Notes: generated from the sequence alone by a model not told the origin. Shown: positions 6,928 through 16,499, counted from the first letter of the stretch. The stretch: 57,417 nucleotides of DNA from Candidatus Saccharimonadales bacterium (GCA_035478335.1 DATIJS010000033.1:1-57417), one strand, 5' to 3'. Numbers and translations: made by a program.

Positions 6928-8679
6928 ATGCAAAAGCAAAACTTAGATGAACTTCGTCATTCAACAGCTCATCTCATGGCGGCAGCTGTACTAGAATTAT
7001 TTCCGGGAACTCAAAACGCAATTGGACCCGCTGTTGAAAACGGCTTCTATACTGATTTTGATTTTGGAGATGTACAAATTTCAGAAACTGACTTTACAAA
7101 AATTGAAGCAAAAATGCGGGAGATTGTTAAAACTTGGAAGAAATTTGAAGTTAAAGAAGTAACTCCCGATGAGGCAAAAAAATTATTTAAACATAATAAA
7201 TACAAAACTGAACTTATTGAGGATCTTGAGAAAAAAGGTGAAAAAATTACTGTAAATAATCCCGGAGGTTTTCTCGATCTATGCCGTGGCGGACATCTTG
7301 ATAATCCTGCAAACGAAATTTCAGCATTCAAACTCCTTTCAATTGCCGGAGCATACTGGAAAGGGTCAGAAAAAAATAAAATGCTGACACGCATTTACGG
7401 AACGGTTTTCCCAACTAAAAAAGAACTGGATGAACACCTCGCAATGCTTGAAGAAGCAAAAATGCATGACCACAAAAAACTCGGCAAAGAGCTTGATTTA
7501 TTTGTATTTTCTGAAACAGTTGGTAAAGGATTACCCCTCTGGACACCAAAAGGATCAACCATTCGCCGTGAACTTGAAAGATTTATTGTTGATGAGGAAA
7601 TTAGAAGAGGCTATCTGCACGTTTACACCCCAGATCTGGCAAATCTTGCTCTTTATGAAAAATCAGGACATTATCCTTTTTATAAAGAATCAATGTATGC
7701 GCCGATCAAAATTGATGACGAGCAGTTTATGTTGCGCCCTATGTCATGCCCGCATCATTTTGAATTATACTTGAGTAATCCTCACAGCTATAAAGAACTG
7801 CCTATTCGCTACGCAGAACTTGCCAAGCTATACAGATATGAACAATCAGGAGAATTGGCAGGATTACAAAGAGTAAGATCGTTTACGCTCGCTGATGCAC
7901 ACATCATTGTCAGTACCGAAGAGTCAGAAAAAGAGGTAAGCAATGTATTGGACCTAATCGATGATGTTTCCAAAATATTGGGAATACAACTAGGAAAAGA
8001 TTATTGGTACAGACTCTCACTTGGGGACAAATTGAATGAAAAAAAATATTTTAAAGATGATGCTTCATGGGATCATGCTGAAAAAGTATTAAGAAATGCT
8101 CTTAAAAAAAGAAATGCGGATTTTGTTGAAGCTGAAGGGGAAGCTGCGTTTTATGGACCAAAAATTGATGTCCAGATGAAAAATGTAAATGGAAAAGAAG
8201 ACACAGCGTTTACGGTTCAGTATGATTTTGTAATGCCAAAAAGGTTTAATTTGAAATATATCAACGCTGCAGGTGAAGAAATCCAGCCTGTTGTAATACA
8301 CAGATCGTCAATTGGGGCTATTGAGCGCATTATGGCATTTTTGATTGAGAAATATGCTGGGGCTTTCCCCACTTGGCTCGCACCTGTCCAAATGATACTG
8401 CTTCCGATTGCGGACAGACATATAGAATTTACAGAAAAAGTAAATAAAGAACTTAGAGAGAAGGGATTTCGTAGCGAAGTCGACACACGCTCTGAGAGGC
8501 TTCAGGCCAAGATTAGGGATGCCGCTTTACAAAAAGTACCTTTTATGGGTATAATAGGGGATAACGAATTGGAAAACAACGCTGTGTCTGTGAGGGCACG
8601 CGGTGGAGAAGACTTGGGATCACTCTCAATTGAATCTCTAATTAATCAGTTACAAGAAAAAATTGATAAGAAAATATAA
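6928..8679 (+). CDS. thrS: Threonyl-tRNA synthetase (no N-terminal TGS domain)
   Basis: The editing-domain motif HSTAHLMAAAV lies at the N-terminus, followed by a class II core and a C-terminal anticodon-binding domain. Confidence 0.93.
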   Translation: MQKQNLDELRHSTAHLMAAAVLELFPGTQNAIGPAVENGFYTDFDFGDVQISETDFTKIEAKMREIVKTWKKFEVKEVTPDEAKKLFKHNKYKTELIEDLEKKGEKITVNNPGGFLDLCRGGHLDNPANEISAFKLLSIAGAYWKGSEKNKMLTRIYGTVFPTKKELDEHLAMLEEAKMHDHKKLGKELDLFVFSETVGKGLPLWTPKGSTIRRELERFIVDEEIRRGYLHVYTPDLANLALYEKSGHYPFYKESMYAPIKIDDEQFMLRPMSCPHHFELYLSNPHSYKELPIRYAELAKLYRYEQSGELAGLQRVRSFTLADAHIIVSTEESEKEVSNVLDLIDDVSKILGIQLGKDYWYRLSLGDKLNEKKYFKDDASWDHAEKVLRNALKKRNADFVEAEGEAAFYGPKIDVQMKNVNGKEDTAFTVQYDFVMPKRFNLKYINAAGEEIQPVVIHRSSIGAIERIMAFLIEKYAGAFPTWLAPVQMILLPIADRHIEFTEKVNKELREKGFRSEVDTRSERLQAKIRDAALQKVPFMGIIGDNELENNAVSVRARGGEDLGSLSIESLINQLQEKIDKKI

Positions 8680-9232
8680 GCCAACACTTAAGAAAACGTA
8701 TAGACTCAATCAGCGCATATTTGCATCCCCTCTAAGGGTTATAGATGCAGAAGGAAAACTAATTGGGGTTATATCGAAATTCGAAGCACTAAAACTTGCC
8801 CAGGAGCAGGGATTGGATTTGGTAGAAATCGCACCAAAAGCTGTTCCGCCGGTTGCAAAAATAGTTGACTTTAATAAGTTTCTTTATCAACAGGAAAAAA
8901 AGAAAAAAGAGGAAAAGAAAAAAGCAAAAGTAAGTGAAACCAAGGAATTAAGACTTGGCCCATTTATGTCTGAGAATGATCTTCAAGTCGTAATCAGACG
9001 GGGAAGGGAATTCTTGGAAGAAGGACACAAATTGAGGTTGGTTCTTAAATTCAGAGGACGGGCAATAGTTCATCCGGAATTCGGACATAAGACAATCGGT
9101 AAGTTGGTGGAATCATTAAAAGATATCTCAAAAATAGACAGGGAAGCACATTTTGAAGGCAAACAATTGGTAGCACTTCTTTCAGCTGAAAAGGGAAAGA
9201 AAACAGAAGAATTAACACAAAAATTAAATTAA
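8663..9232 (+). CDS. infC: Translation initiation factor IF-3, non-AUG start (TTG 8663 or ATA 8666)
   Basis: RLNQRIFASPLRVIDAEGKLIGV is the IF-3 N-domain. There is no in-frame ATG for about 100 codons. It overlaps the thrS end by 17 nt. Confidence 0.88.
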   Translation: MIRKYKPTLKKTYRLNQRIFASPLRVIDAEGKLIGVISKFEALKLAQEQGLDLVEIAPKAVPPVAKIVDFNKFLYQQEKKKKEEKKKAKVSETKELRLGPFMSENDLQVVIRRGREFLEEGHKLRLVLKFRGRAIVHPEFGHKTIGKLVESLKDISKIDREAHFEGKQLVALLSAEKGKKTEELTQKLN

Positions 9233-9233
9233 T

Positions 9234-9446
9234 ATGAAAAAAGCAATGAAAACAAAACAGAAAGTAAGAGGATCTGTCAGTAAGCGTTTTAAAGTGACCA
9301 AAACAGGCAAGGTACAATTTGCGCATCAATTTGGCAGTCACAAAAAGCTGCATAAATCAAAGTCCAGAATCAGACGTCAAAAAGAACCGGGAACATTGAC
9401 AGGTGCATTTGCAAAAAAAGTAAAACAAATGCTCGCAGTAGCATAG
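9234..9446 (+). CDS. rpmI: 50S ribosomal protein L35
   Basis: It is a basic 70-aa protein (KTKQKVRGSVSKRFKVTKTGK) in the infC-rpmI-rplT order. Confidence 0.92.
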   Translation: MKKAMKTKQKVRGSVSKRFKVTKTGKVQFAHQFGSHKKLHKSKSRIRRQKEPGTLTGAFAKKVKQMLAVA

Positions 9447-9456
9447 AAAGGTATTT

Positions 9457-9807
9457 ATGGCTAGAATTAAAAGAGGAGTTGTATCAAAAAGAAGACACAA
9501 TAAGTTGCTTGACCTGACAAAGGGATTTAGAGGTACCAAAAGTACCCTGATTCGTGAAGCAAAGGCAGCAAGTCTTCATGCCGGTCAATATGCCTACAAT
9601 GGCAGAAAAGAACGCAAAAGCGACTTCAGATCTCTTTGGATCATAAGAATCGGCGAGGCAGTAAAGCAACAAGGACTTTCATACAGCGTATTTATCGACA
9701 AATTGAAAAAATCCAACATCGAGCTTGATCGAAAAATCCTCAGCAGCCTTGTACTGGAAGATCCAATTGCGTTCAAACAGGTCGTTGACTTAGCAAAAAA
9801 AGTATAG
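9457..9807 (+). CDS. rplT: 50S ribosomal protein L20
   Basis: The MARIKRGVVSKRRHNK N-terminus is typical of L20. Confidence 0.95.
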   Translation: MARIKRGVVSKRRHNKLLDLTKGFRGTKSTLIREAKAASLHAGQYAYNGRKERKSDFRSLWIIRIGEAVKQQGLSYSVFIDKLKKSNIELDRKILSSLVLEDPIAFKQVVDLAKKV

Positions 9808-9813
9808 TATAAA
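9785..9813 (+). promoter_or_regulatory. Promoter of the aromatic-operon leader (TTGACT-17 nt-TATAAA)
   Basis: TTGACT lies at 9785-9790 and TATAAA at 9808-9813. The leader ATG follows 8 nt later. The -35 element lies inside the rplT 3' end. Confidence 0.55.
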
Positions 9814-9821
9814 CAATATAG

Positions 9822-9905
9822 ATGAACAAATTTGAAGTTAAAAATTGGTTTTATTTTTACTTTACTTCCCAACCCGGGAGGTTGTGTAGTGGTTTAAATA
9901 ACTAA
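9822..9905 (+). CDS. Candidate aromatic-rich leader peptide MNKFEVKNWFYFYFTSQPGRLCSGLNN (27 aa)
   Basis: Codons 9-14 are six consecutive aromatic residues (W F Y F Y F). The ORF runs into the antiterminator, directly upstream of the shikimate/Phe/Tyr operon. Confidence 0.6.
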   Translation: MNKFEVKNWFYFYFTSQPGRLCSGLNN

Positions 9906-9953
9906 CAAAAAATAAACCAAGACCCAAGACCTCCCAAAGCGGGAGGTTTTTTT
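9876..9953 (+). promoter_or_regulatory. Attenuator: antiterminator versus intrinsic terminator
   Basis: GGGAGGT (9876-9882) or GGGAGGT (9941-9947) can each pair with ACCTCCC (9929-9935). An inner helix joins TGGTTTA (9890-9896) to TAAACCA (9913-9919). The terminator has a 5-nt loop and T7 (9947-9953). Confidence 0.6.
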
Positions 9954-9986
9954 ATGATTAATTTTAGAAATTTAAATTATGAATAA
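9954..9986 (+). CDS. Possible 10-codon upstream ORF MINFRNLNYE overlapping the DAHP synthase start
   Basis: ATG 9954 lies 7 nt after GGGAGG. Its TAA (9984-9986) overlaps ATG 9979 of the next gene. Confidence 0.25.
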   Translation: MINFRNLNYE

Positions 9987-10737
9987 AGCAAAAAATATTA
10001 TAATTGCCGGTCCATGCGCAGCTGAATCAATGGAACTAATCGTAGAATCGGCAAAGCAAGCCAAAAAACGCAAGGTCGACTTTCTCAGAGTTAGCTTATT
10101 CAAGCCGAGAACCAAACCAGGCTTTGAAGGAGTAGGAGAAGATGGTATTGATTTTCTCATTGCAGCAGCCAAATTGGGAGTTAATCCCGCAACAGAAGTG
10201 CTTTTCCCTGATCAGGCAAAAAGAATCATGGACAAAGTATTTACTGCTGTGCCGGAAACAAAATTGCTGCTCTGGATCGGTTCAAGAAACCAGCATCATG
10301 TAATCCAGCGTGAAACAGCAAAAATTATTGCTAGTGACAAAAGAGCATATTTGCTTGTAAAAAACCAGCCTTGGAAAAATAAAAAACACTGGGAGGGAAT
10401 TGCCGAACATGCACTTGAAGGAGAAATTGACAGAGATCATCTATACATGTGCCACAGAGGTTTTGCTCCTCATGGATACGAAAACCCGTATGAGATGAGG
10501 AACATTCCTGATTTTGAGATGAGTATGGAAATCAGAGAAGAAACAAAATTGCCTATGATATTTGATCCATCGCATATTGGAGGTACTGTTGAAAATGTCT
10601 TACGGATTGCAAAAGAATCCAAGAAGTATGAATTCGACGGCTTGATGGTAGAGGTTCACATGGACCCCAAAAATGCGATGACTGATGCCGAACAACAGCT
10701 GACATGGGAGCAATTTGATGAATTGGTAAAAAAATAA
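9979..10737 (+). CDS. 3-deoxy-7-phosphoheptulonate (DAHP) synthase, type I-beta, core-only
   Basis: AGPCAAES, KPRTKP and FDPSHIGG motifs match the KDO8P/DAHP-synthase I-beta family. It is the first gene of the aro operon. Confidence 0.8.
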   Translation: MNKAKNIIIAGPCAAESMELIVESAKQAKKRKVDFLRVSLFKPRTKPGFEGVGEDGIDFLIAAAKLGVNPATEVLFPDQAKRIMDKVFTAVPETKLLLWIGSRNQHHVIQRETAKIIASDKRAYLLVKNQPWKNKKHWEGIAEHALEGEIDRDHLYMCHRGFAPHGYENPYEMRNIPDFEMSMEIREETKLPMIFDPSHIGGTVENVLRIAKESKKYEFDGLMVEVHMDPKNAMTDAEQQLTWEQFDELVKK

Positions 10738-10741
10738 GACT

Positions 10742-11815
10742 ATGAAAAAAATAATAGTCAATCTTCCTGATGTCACAAATCATCATTATTCTGTATTAAT
10801 CGGTGTAGATCTTTTTGAAAAAATAGCAGAGATAGTTGATCTGTCTACCTACTCAAATATCGCAATAATTACAGATAAAAATGTTGCAGGCTATTTGGAT
10901 ATTATCCAAAGCAATTTAGCAATTAAGCCGCTCACTATCACTTTGGAACCTGGAGAAAAACACAAAAACACGAAATCGCTTGATATCATTTGGAATGAAC
11001 TTATAAAAACAAAATTTGATAGAAAATCTTTGATTATTAACTTAGGTGGTGGTGTTATTTGTGACATTGGCGGATTTGCCGCGAGTACTTATATGCGCGG
11101 AATTGATTTTATCAATGTACCGACTACTCTTCTCTCACAAGTTGATGCAAGTACAGGAGGTAAAACGGGAATAGATTTTGCAAATCTCAAAAACATTATT
11201 GGAACATTTCAGCAACCTAAAGCAGTAATAATTGACGTCTCAACTCTTGCTACACTGCCCAAAAGCGAACTAAACTCCGGTTTTGCGGAAATAATCAAAC
11301 ACGGACTAATTAGGAATAAAAATTATTTTGAAAAAGTGAGTTCAAAAAAACCCGAAGAGTATTCCAGCGAAGAATTAATTGAAATAATTATAACGTCTTG
11401 TGAGATAAAAAAAGATGTAGTCGAAAAAGATCCAACAGAGCAGGGAATTAGAAAAATTTTAAATTTTGGCCATACAATCGGACATGCAATAGAGTCTCTT
11501 AGTCTTGAAACAGAAACACCCTTACTGCATGGTGAGGCAATTTCTATTGGAATGGTAGCAGAGGCAAAAATGTCAAATTTACTTGGGTTTTTGCCGGAGA
11601 GCGATCTAGAAATTATAAAACAAAGCTTTATTAATGCTAATTTACCGATAAAAACCTTGATCAACTCAGTACAAATAATTGAAAAAATTGAGAAGGACAA
11701 GAAGAATTCGTTTGGAGAAATCAAATGGACTCTTTTAAAACAAATAGGTGAAGCAACCTATGACATTGCAATTGATGAAAAAATTATTAGTGAAGCACTT
11801 GAATACATCTCATGA
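10742..11815 (+). CDS. aroB: 3-dehydroquinate synthase
   Basis: It carries the GGGVICDIGGFAASTYMRGIDFINVPTTLLSQVDAS motif. Confidence 0.92.
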   Translation: MKKIIVNLPDVTNHHYSVLIGVDLFEKIAEIVDLSTYSNIAIITDKNVAGYLDIIQSNLAIKPLTITLEPGEKHKNTKSLDIIWNELIKTKFDRKSLIINLGGGVICDIGGFAASTYMRGIDFINVPTTLLSQVDASTGGKTGIDFANLKNIIGTFQQPKAVIIDVSTLATLPKSELNSGFAEIIKHGLIRNKNYFEKVSSKKPEEYSSEELIEIIITSCEIKKDVVEKDPTEQGIRKILNFGHTIGHAIESLSLETETPLLHGEAISIGMVAEAKMSNLLGFLPESDLEIIKQSFINANLPIKTLINSVQIIEKIEKDKKNSFGEIKWTLLKQIGEATYDIAIDEKIISEALEYIS

Positions 11816-13110
11816 AACAAGTAATCATTTATCCATTAAAAGATAAGATAGACGCAGAAGTCATAATTCCCGGATGTATTGGGTATACAATTCGCGCACT
11901 TAACATTGCTGCTATGACTAGTGGGAGTGTCAAAATTTTAAATCCTTTAAAAAGCGATGATATTTATTCAATGGTAAATGCCCTTAAATCTCTTGGCATA
12001 GAAATTATTGAAAGTGAAAACAATTTCACAGTGATCGGAGATATTAGTGATATAAAAAACAAAAATTACACTATAGATATTGGCCTGTCAGGAAGAACTG
12101 CACGGACACTTTTGGCCTTACTTTGCATTGTTCCCGGTGAAAAAGTTTTAACTTGCCACGAAGAATTTAAAAAACGCCCGGTAGGAGATCTGGTTGAGGG
12201 GCTGAGGCAAATTGGTGCAAAAATTGAATACTTAGAAAAAGAAAATCATCTTCCAGTTAAAATTTCTGATACCTATCTCAACTCGGGAACAATTTCAATG
12301 AATGGAGAACTAAGCAGTCAGTATTTTTCAGCTCTTATGATGATCGCCCCAATTGTCGGGGATATGATAATTAATGTAAATGGTAATCAATCTTCAAAGC
12401 CATTTATAGACATGACTATTGATATCATGAAAAACTTCGGAATAAAAATTGAAAACAATAATTACAAACACTATAAGATTGTGACGGGCCAAACTTATAT
12501 AAATCCGGAAAATTATCTAGTTGAACCTGAAGCAACCAGTGCAAGTTATTTTTGGGCAATGGCAGCTATCACAGAAAGCAAAATAAAAGTCTTAAATCTC
12601 GGACCAAATTCCAGACAGGGTGATATAAAATTTGTTGATGTACTTGAAGAAATGGGCTGCAAGATAAATAAAAACACAGAAGAAAATTGGATTGAAGTTG
12701 AAGGATCAAGGGAGCTTAAAAGTACAAATGCCGACATGAATGACACGCCGGATTTAGTTCCAACGCTTGCCGTTGTTGCTGCATTTGCAAAAGGACAAAC
12801 AATAATAACAAATATTGCCCATGCCAAAATAAAAGAAACAGATAGGATAGAGGCTCCAAAAAATGAACTTTTAAAAATGGGGATAATAGCTGAGTCAACA
12901 GATAGCTCGTTGATAATTAATGGCGGAAGTCCTCTTGGATCAGAAATTGAAACTTACAGCGACCACCGTATGGCAATGAGCTTTGCAGTAGCTGGAACTA
13001 AGATCGCAGGAATTTCTATAAATAATCCGGATGTAGTCAATAAATCTTTTCCTGATTTTTGGAAAAAGCTAGAAGAAATTGGAGTAAAAATTGAGAGGAG
13101 CGCAAATTAA
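11812..13110 (+). CDS. aroA: 3-phosphoshikimate 1-carboxyvinyltransferase (EPSP synthase)
   Basis: The 432-aa product has LSGRTARTLL, SSQYFSALMM and DHRMAMSFAVAG motifs. Confidence 0.92.
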   Translation: MKQVIIYPLKDKIDAEVIIPGCIGYTIRALNIAAMTSGSVKILNPLKSDDIYSMVNALKSLGIEIIESENNFTVIGDISDIKNKNYTIDIGLSGRTARTLLALLCIVPGEKVLTCHEEFKKRPVGDLVEGLRQIGAKIEYLEKENHLPVKISDTYLNSGTISMNGELSSQYFSALMMIAPIVGDMIINVNGNQSSKPFIDMTIDIMKNFGIKIENNNYKHYKIVTGQTYINPENYLVEPEATSASYFWAMAAITESKIKVLNLGPNSRQGDIKFVDVLEEMGCKINKNTEENWIEVEGSRELKSTNADMNDTPDLVPTLAVVAAFAKGQTIITNIAHAKIKETDRIEAPKNELLKMGIIAESTDSSLIINGGSPLGSEIETYSDHRMAMSFAVAGTKIAGISINNPDVVNKSFPDFWKKLEEIGVKIERSAN

Positions 13111-13604
13111 TGAAAATTGTTCTGATTGGCTTTATGGGAGTAGGAAAAAGTAGTGTCGCACCACAGCTGGCTAAAAAACTCGGAATAAATATAATTGAGA
13201 TGGATGATTTTATTGAAAAAAAAGCTGGAAAAACTCTCAAGGAAATTTTTGCAAGTGGGGGAGAAAGCTCATTCAGGAAATTTGAAAATGAAGTTTGTCA
13301 TGAAATAGCAAACATAGATAATGCTGTTATTTCAACAGGAGGAGGAGTTGTTATGAATGCAAATAATTTTACGAGTCTTAAAAATAATTCCACAATTATA
13401 GAACTTAATGCATCTTTTGATACAATTCTTAAGAGAATTAACCAAAAGATACCTAGACCATTATTTAAAGATGAAGAGAGTGCCAAAAAATTATATGATT
13501 TAAGAAAACCATTATATGAAAAATTCGCACAAATTAAAATTTCAACAGATAATAAATCAGTGAGCGAAGTAACTAATGAAATAATTGAAAGTATAAAATT
13601 ATGA
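13110..13604 (+). CDS. aroK: Shikimate kinase
   Basis: It has the P-loop GFMGVGKS, is 164 aa, and sits in operon context. Confidence 0.9.
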   Translation: MKIVLIGFMGVGKSSVAPQLAKKLGINIIEMDDFIEKKAGKTLKEIFASGGESSFRKFENEVCHEIANIDNAVISTGGGVVMNANNFTSLKNNSTIIELNASFDTILKRINQKIPRPLFKDEESAKKLYDLRKPLYEKFAQIKISTDNKSVSEVTNEIIESIKL

Positions 13605-14440
13605 ATATATCAGGCAAAACAAAAATCTGTATGAGCATTGGACATCCAATCGGAAATTCACTTTCACCTCTTATGCATAATACAGGGTTTGAAAAATTGA
13701 AGATAGATAATGAGTATGTTTTTACTGCATGCAATGTAAAACCTGAAAATATTGAAAATTGCATCAAAGGAATCAGAGCACTTGGAATACGAGGCGTTAG
13801 CGTTACAATGCCGCATAAGAAAGCAATCATGCAATATTTGGATGACATTGACGACACAGCGGTACAGATTGGTGCAGTAAACACCATTGTTAATAACGAT
13901 GGTAAATTAACCGGGTTCAACACTGACTGGCTGGGAGTTGTGAATTCAATTCAAAAAGTATCATCATTTGCCGGTAAAAAAGCTCTAGTTCTGGGCGCAG
14001 GTGGCGCTGCTAGAGCTGCAATATTTGGACTTATCAAAATGGGCGCCAATGTAATCATAATTAATCGAACTGACAAAAGCGCCATTGCGCTTGCAGATGA
14101 GTTCTTTTGCGAATATGCACCATATTCCGAGTTGGAAAGGGCAAAGCGTATGGATATCATAGTGAATACAACATCAGTCGGTATGCATCCGGATGAAAAT
14201 CATAGCCCTTTGCCAAAGCAATTTATAACAAAGGAGCAAACTATATTGGACGCTGTATATTTTCCTTATGAAACTCAACTAATTAAAAATGCGAAAGCAC
14301 AAGGAGCTAAAGCAATTCATGGAGCAGAGATGCTTTTGCAGCAAGGACTCGAACAGTTCAAGTTATATACTGGTGTTAATGCGCCGGAGGAAACAATGAG
14401 AAGTGTATTAATTGATCATTTGAAAAAACAGCAAATCTAA
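13601..14440 (+). CDS. aroE: Shikimate dehydrogenase
   Basis: It has SLSPLMHN, SVTMPHK, NTDWLG and GAGGAARA motifs. Confidence 0.92.
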   Translation: MNISGKTKICMSIGHPIGNSLSPLMHNTGFEKLKIDNEYVFTACNVKPENIENCIKGIRALGIRGVSVTMPHKKAIMQYLDDIDDTAVQIGAVNTIVNNDGKLTGFNTDWLGVVNSIQKVSSFAGKKALVLGAGGAARAAIFGLIKMGANVIIINRTDKSAIALADEFFCEYAPYSELERAKRMDIIVNTTSVGMHPDENHSPLPKQFITKEQTILDAVYFPYETQLIKNAKAQGAKAIHGAEMLLQQGLEQFKLYTGVNAPEETMRSVLIDHLKKQQI

Positions 14441-14441
14441 T

Positions 14442-15122
14442 ATGAAGATAATTTACTGTTTACCAATTATTAAGAGCAGGAAAAATGAAGTTTTGGATAT
14501 AATTAATGAAAACATTAATCAATATCTCTACTTTGAAATCTGGCTTGATTATATTGATGATCTTGATGATGAATTTATCAAAAAATTAATTAAACAACTA
14601 GAAGGTAGGATTATATTTTTATTCCGAAGAAAAAATCTGGAAAAAATAAATATGAGTCTTCAAAAAAGGGAAGAGATTATTTACATCCTTGAAGATTCAA
14701 ATTCATACCTAGATCTTGATGTCATTGAACAAAAAGAAGAAATTGACTATATTGAAAAAAGCAGTCTAAAAATTCAAACTATTATTTCTTATCACAATTA
14801 CAAACAAACGCCGACGAATGACAAATTGGGTGAAATTACTGATATAATAATCAAGCATAATCCAAAGATTATCAAACTTTCAACTTTTTGCCGGGATAAA
14901 GCAGATGCGCTCAGTTTATTAAATACACTTTTGGATTTAAAACAGAAAAACAAAAAATATATTGTTTCGGGGATGGGAGAAAATGGTAAAATAGTAAAAA
15001 TATTTGGAGCGCTGTGGGGAAATGAAATGACATTTGCACCATTGGACATCAAAGAGGCATCAGCACCCGGACAGATAGCGAAATCAGATTTAGAAAAAAT
15101 TTTAGGAATACTAAATACATAA
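14442..15122 (+). CDS. aroD: 3-dehydroquinate dehydratase, type I
   Basis: ISYHNYKQTP and KLSTF resemble the type I DHQase pattern, and the operon context supports it. Confidence 0.8.
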   Translation: MKIIYCLPIIKSRKNEVLDIINENINQYLYFEIWLDYIDDLDDEFIKKLIKQLEGRIIFLFRRKNLEKINMSLQKREEIIYILEDSNSYLDLDVIEQKEEIDYIEKSSLKIQTIISYHNYKQTPTNDKLGEITDIIIKHNPKIIKLSTFCRDKADALSLLNTLLDLKQKNKKYIVSGMGENGKIVKIFGALWGNEMTFAPLDIKEASAPGQIAKSDLEKILGILNT

Positions 15123-15144
15123 CGCTTTTACTAAATACTAACCT

Positions 15145-16230
15145 ATGGCTGGAAATACATTTGGACAATTATTTAGAATAACTACATTTGGTGAGTCGCA
15201 TGGCGGCGCGGTTGGTTGCGTAATCGACGGATGTCCACCAAATATATCAATTACACCTGAGGAGATTCAAAAAGATCTAGACAGGAGAAAACCCGGACAA
15301 AGCTCGATTACAACTCCACGCAAGGAAGAGGACGATGTCCAAATTCTCTCCGGTGTTTTTGAGGGGAAAACCACTGGCACTCCAATTCTACTACTTGTCA
15401 AGAATAAAGATGCGCGGCCTGAAGATTACAATATCCTAAAAGGATTGTACAGACCTGGACATGCAGATTATACTTTTGAAAAAAAATACGGTATACGGGA
15501 CTGGCAGGGATCGGGTCGGGCATCCGCCAGAGAAACGCTTGCACGTGTTGCAGCCGGAGCTATCGCAAAAAAATATCTTAAAGAAAAATTGGGAGTGGAA
15601 TTTTTAAGTTACGTTGAACAGGTTGGTGATATAAAAACGGATATTGATTTTAATTCTGTGACGATGGAGCAGATTGAATCAAATATTGTCCGCTGTCCTG
15701 ATACTGAGGTTGGTCAGCAAATGATTGAACTAATTGAAAACGTAAAAGAGGAGAAAGATTCAATTGGTGGTGTAATAAGAGGAGTTATCAAAAATGTACC
15801 TGTAGGTCTCGGAGAACCAGTCTTTGACAAAATCCCATCTGATCTTGCAAAGGCTATGATGAGTATCAATGCTACCAAAGGCTTTGAATTTGGCTCAGGT
15901 TTTGCTGGAGTAACCATGCGTGGAAGCGAACATAATGATGAATTTTATATTGATGAAAATGGAAATGTCAAAACAAAAACAAACTTTGCTGGCGGAACGC
16001 TTGGAGGAATAACCAATGGTAACAACATATATTTCAGAGTAGCAATCAAACCTGTCTCAACTATAGGAAAAAAGCAAAAAACAATTTCAAAAGAAAACGC
16101 AAGTGTTGATCTTGAAGCAACAGGCCGACATGATCCCTGCGTACTCCCACGCGCAGTTCCGATTGTAGACGCAATGAGCGCACTTGTCATAATGGATCAT
16201 TACATGAGACACAAAGCCCAAAATTTATGA
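15145..16230 (+). CDS. aroC: Chorismate synthase
   Basis: It has [24 protein letters not shown]-like and GRHDPCV motifs. Confidence 0.95.
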   Translation: MAGNTFGQLFRITTFGESHGGAVGCVIDGCPPNISITPEEIQKDLDRRKPGQSSITTPRKEEDDVQILSGVFEGKTTGTPILLLVKNKDARPEDYNILKGLYRPGHADYTFEKKYGIRDWQGSGRASARETLARVAAGAIAKKYLKEKLGVEFLSYVEQVGDIKTDIDFNSVTMEQIESNIVRCPDTEVGQQMIELIENVKEEKDSIGGVIRGVIKNVPVGLGEPVFDKIPSDLAKAMMSINATKGFEFGSGFAGVTMRGSEHNDEFYIDENGNVKTKTNFAGGTLGGITNGNNIYFRVAIKPVSTIGKKQKTISKENASVDLEATGRHDPCVLPRAVPIVDAMSALVIMDHYMRHKAQNL

Positions 16231-16499
16231 ATGACAAATTATTTGATTTACGAAAAGAGATTGATGAACTTGACCGCGAATTATTAAAAGTAATTTCAAA
16301 AAGAATCAAAAAGGTAAAAGAGGTCGGAGTTATTAAAAAGTCAGCCAATTCTAATATTTTTGATGAGTCTCGCATGAAGCAGGTAGTTGCTAACTGGAAA
16401 GAATTTGCAAAACAGGAAAATTTATCAGAAGAAGTAATTGAGAAAATTTATAAAATAATTCATGATTATTCTCTAGAAATAGAAAAAAATATTAAATGA
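16227..16499 (+). CDS. Chorismate mutase (AroQ class), monofunctional
   Basis: The 90-aa helical protein reads [27 protein letters not shown]. Confidence 0.8.
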   Translation: MNDKLFDLRKEIDELDRELLKVISKRIKKVKEVGVIKKSANSNIFDESRMKQVVANWKEFAKQENLSEEVIEKIYKIIHDYSLEIEKNIK

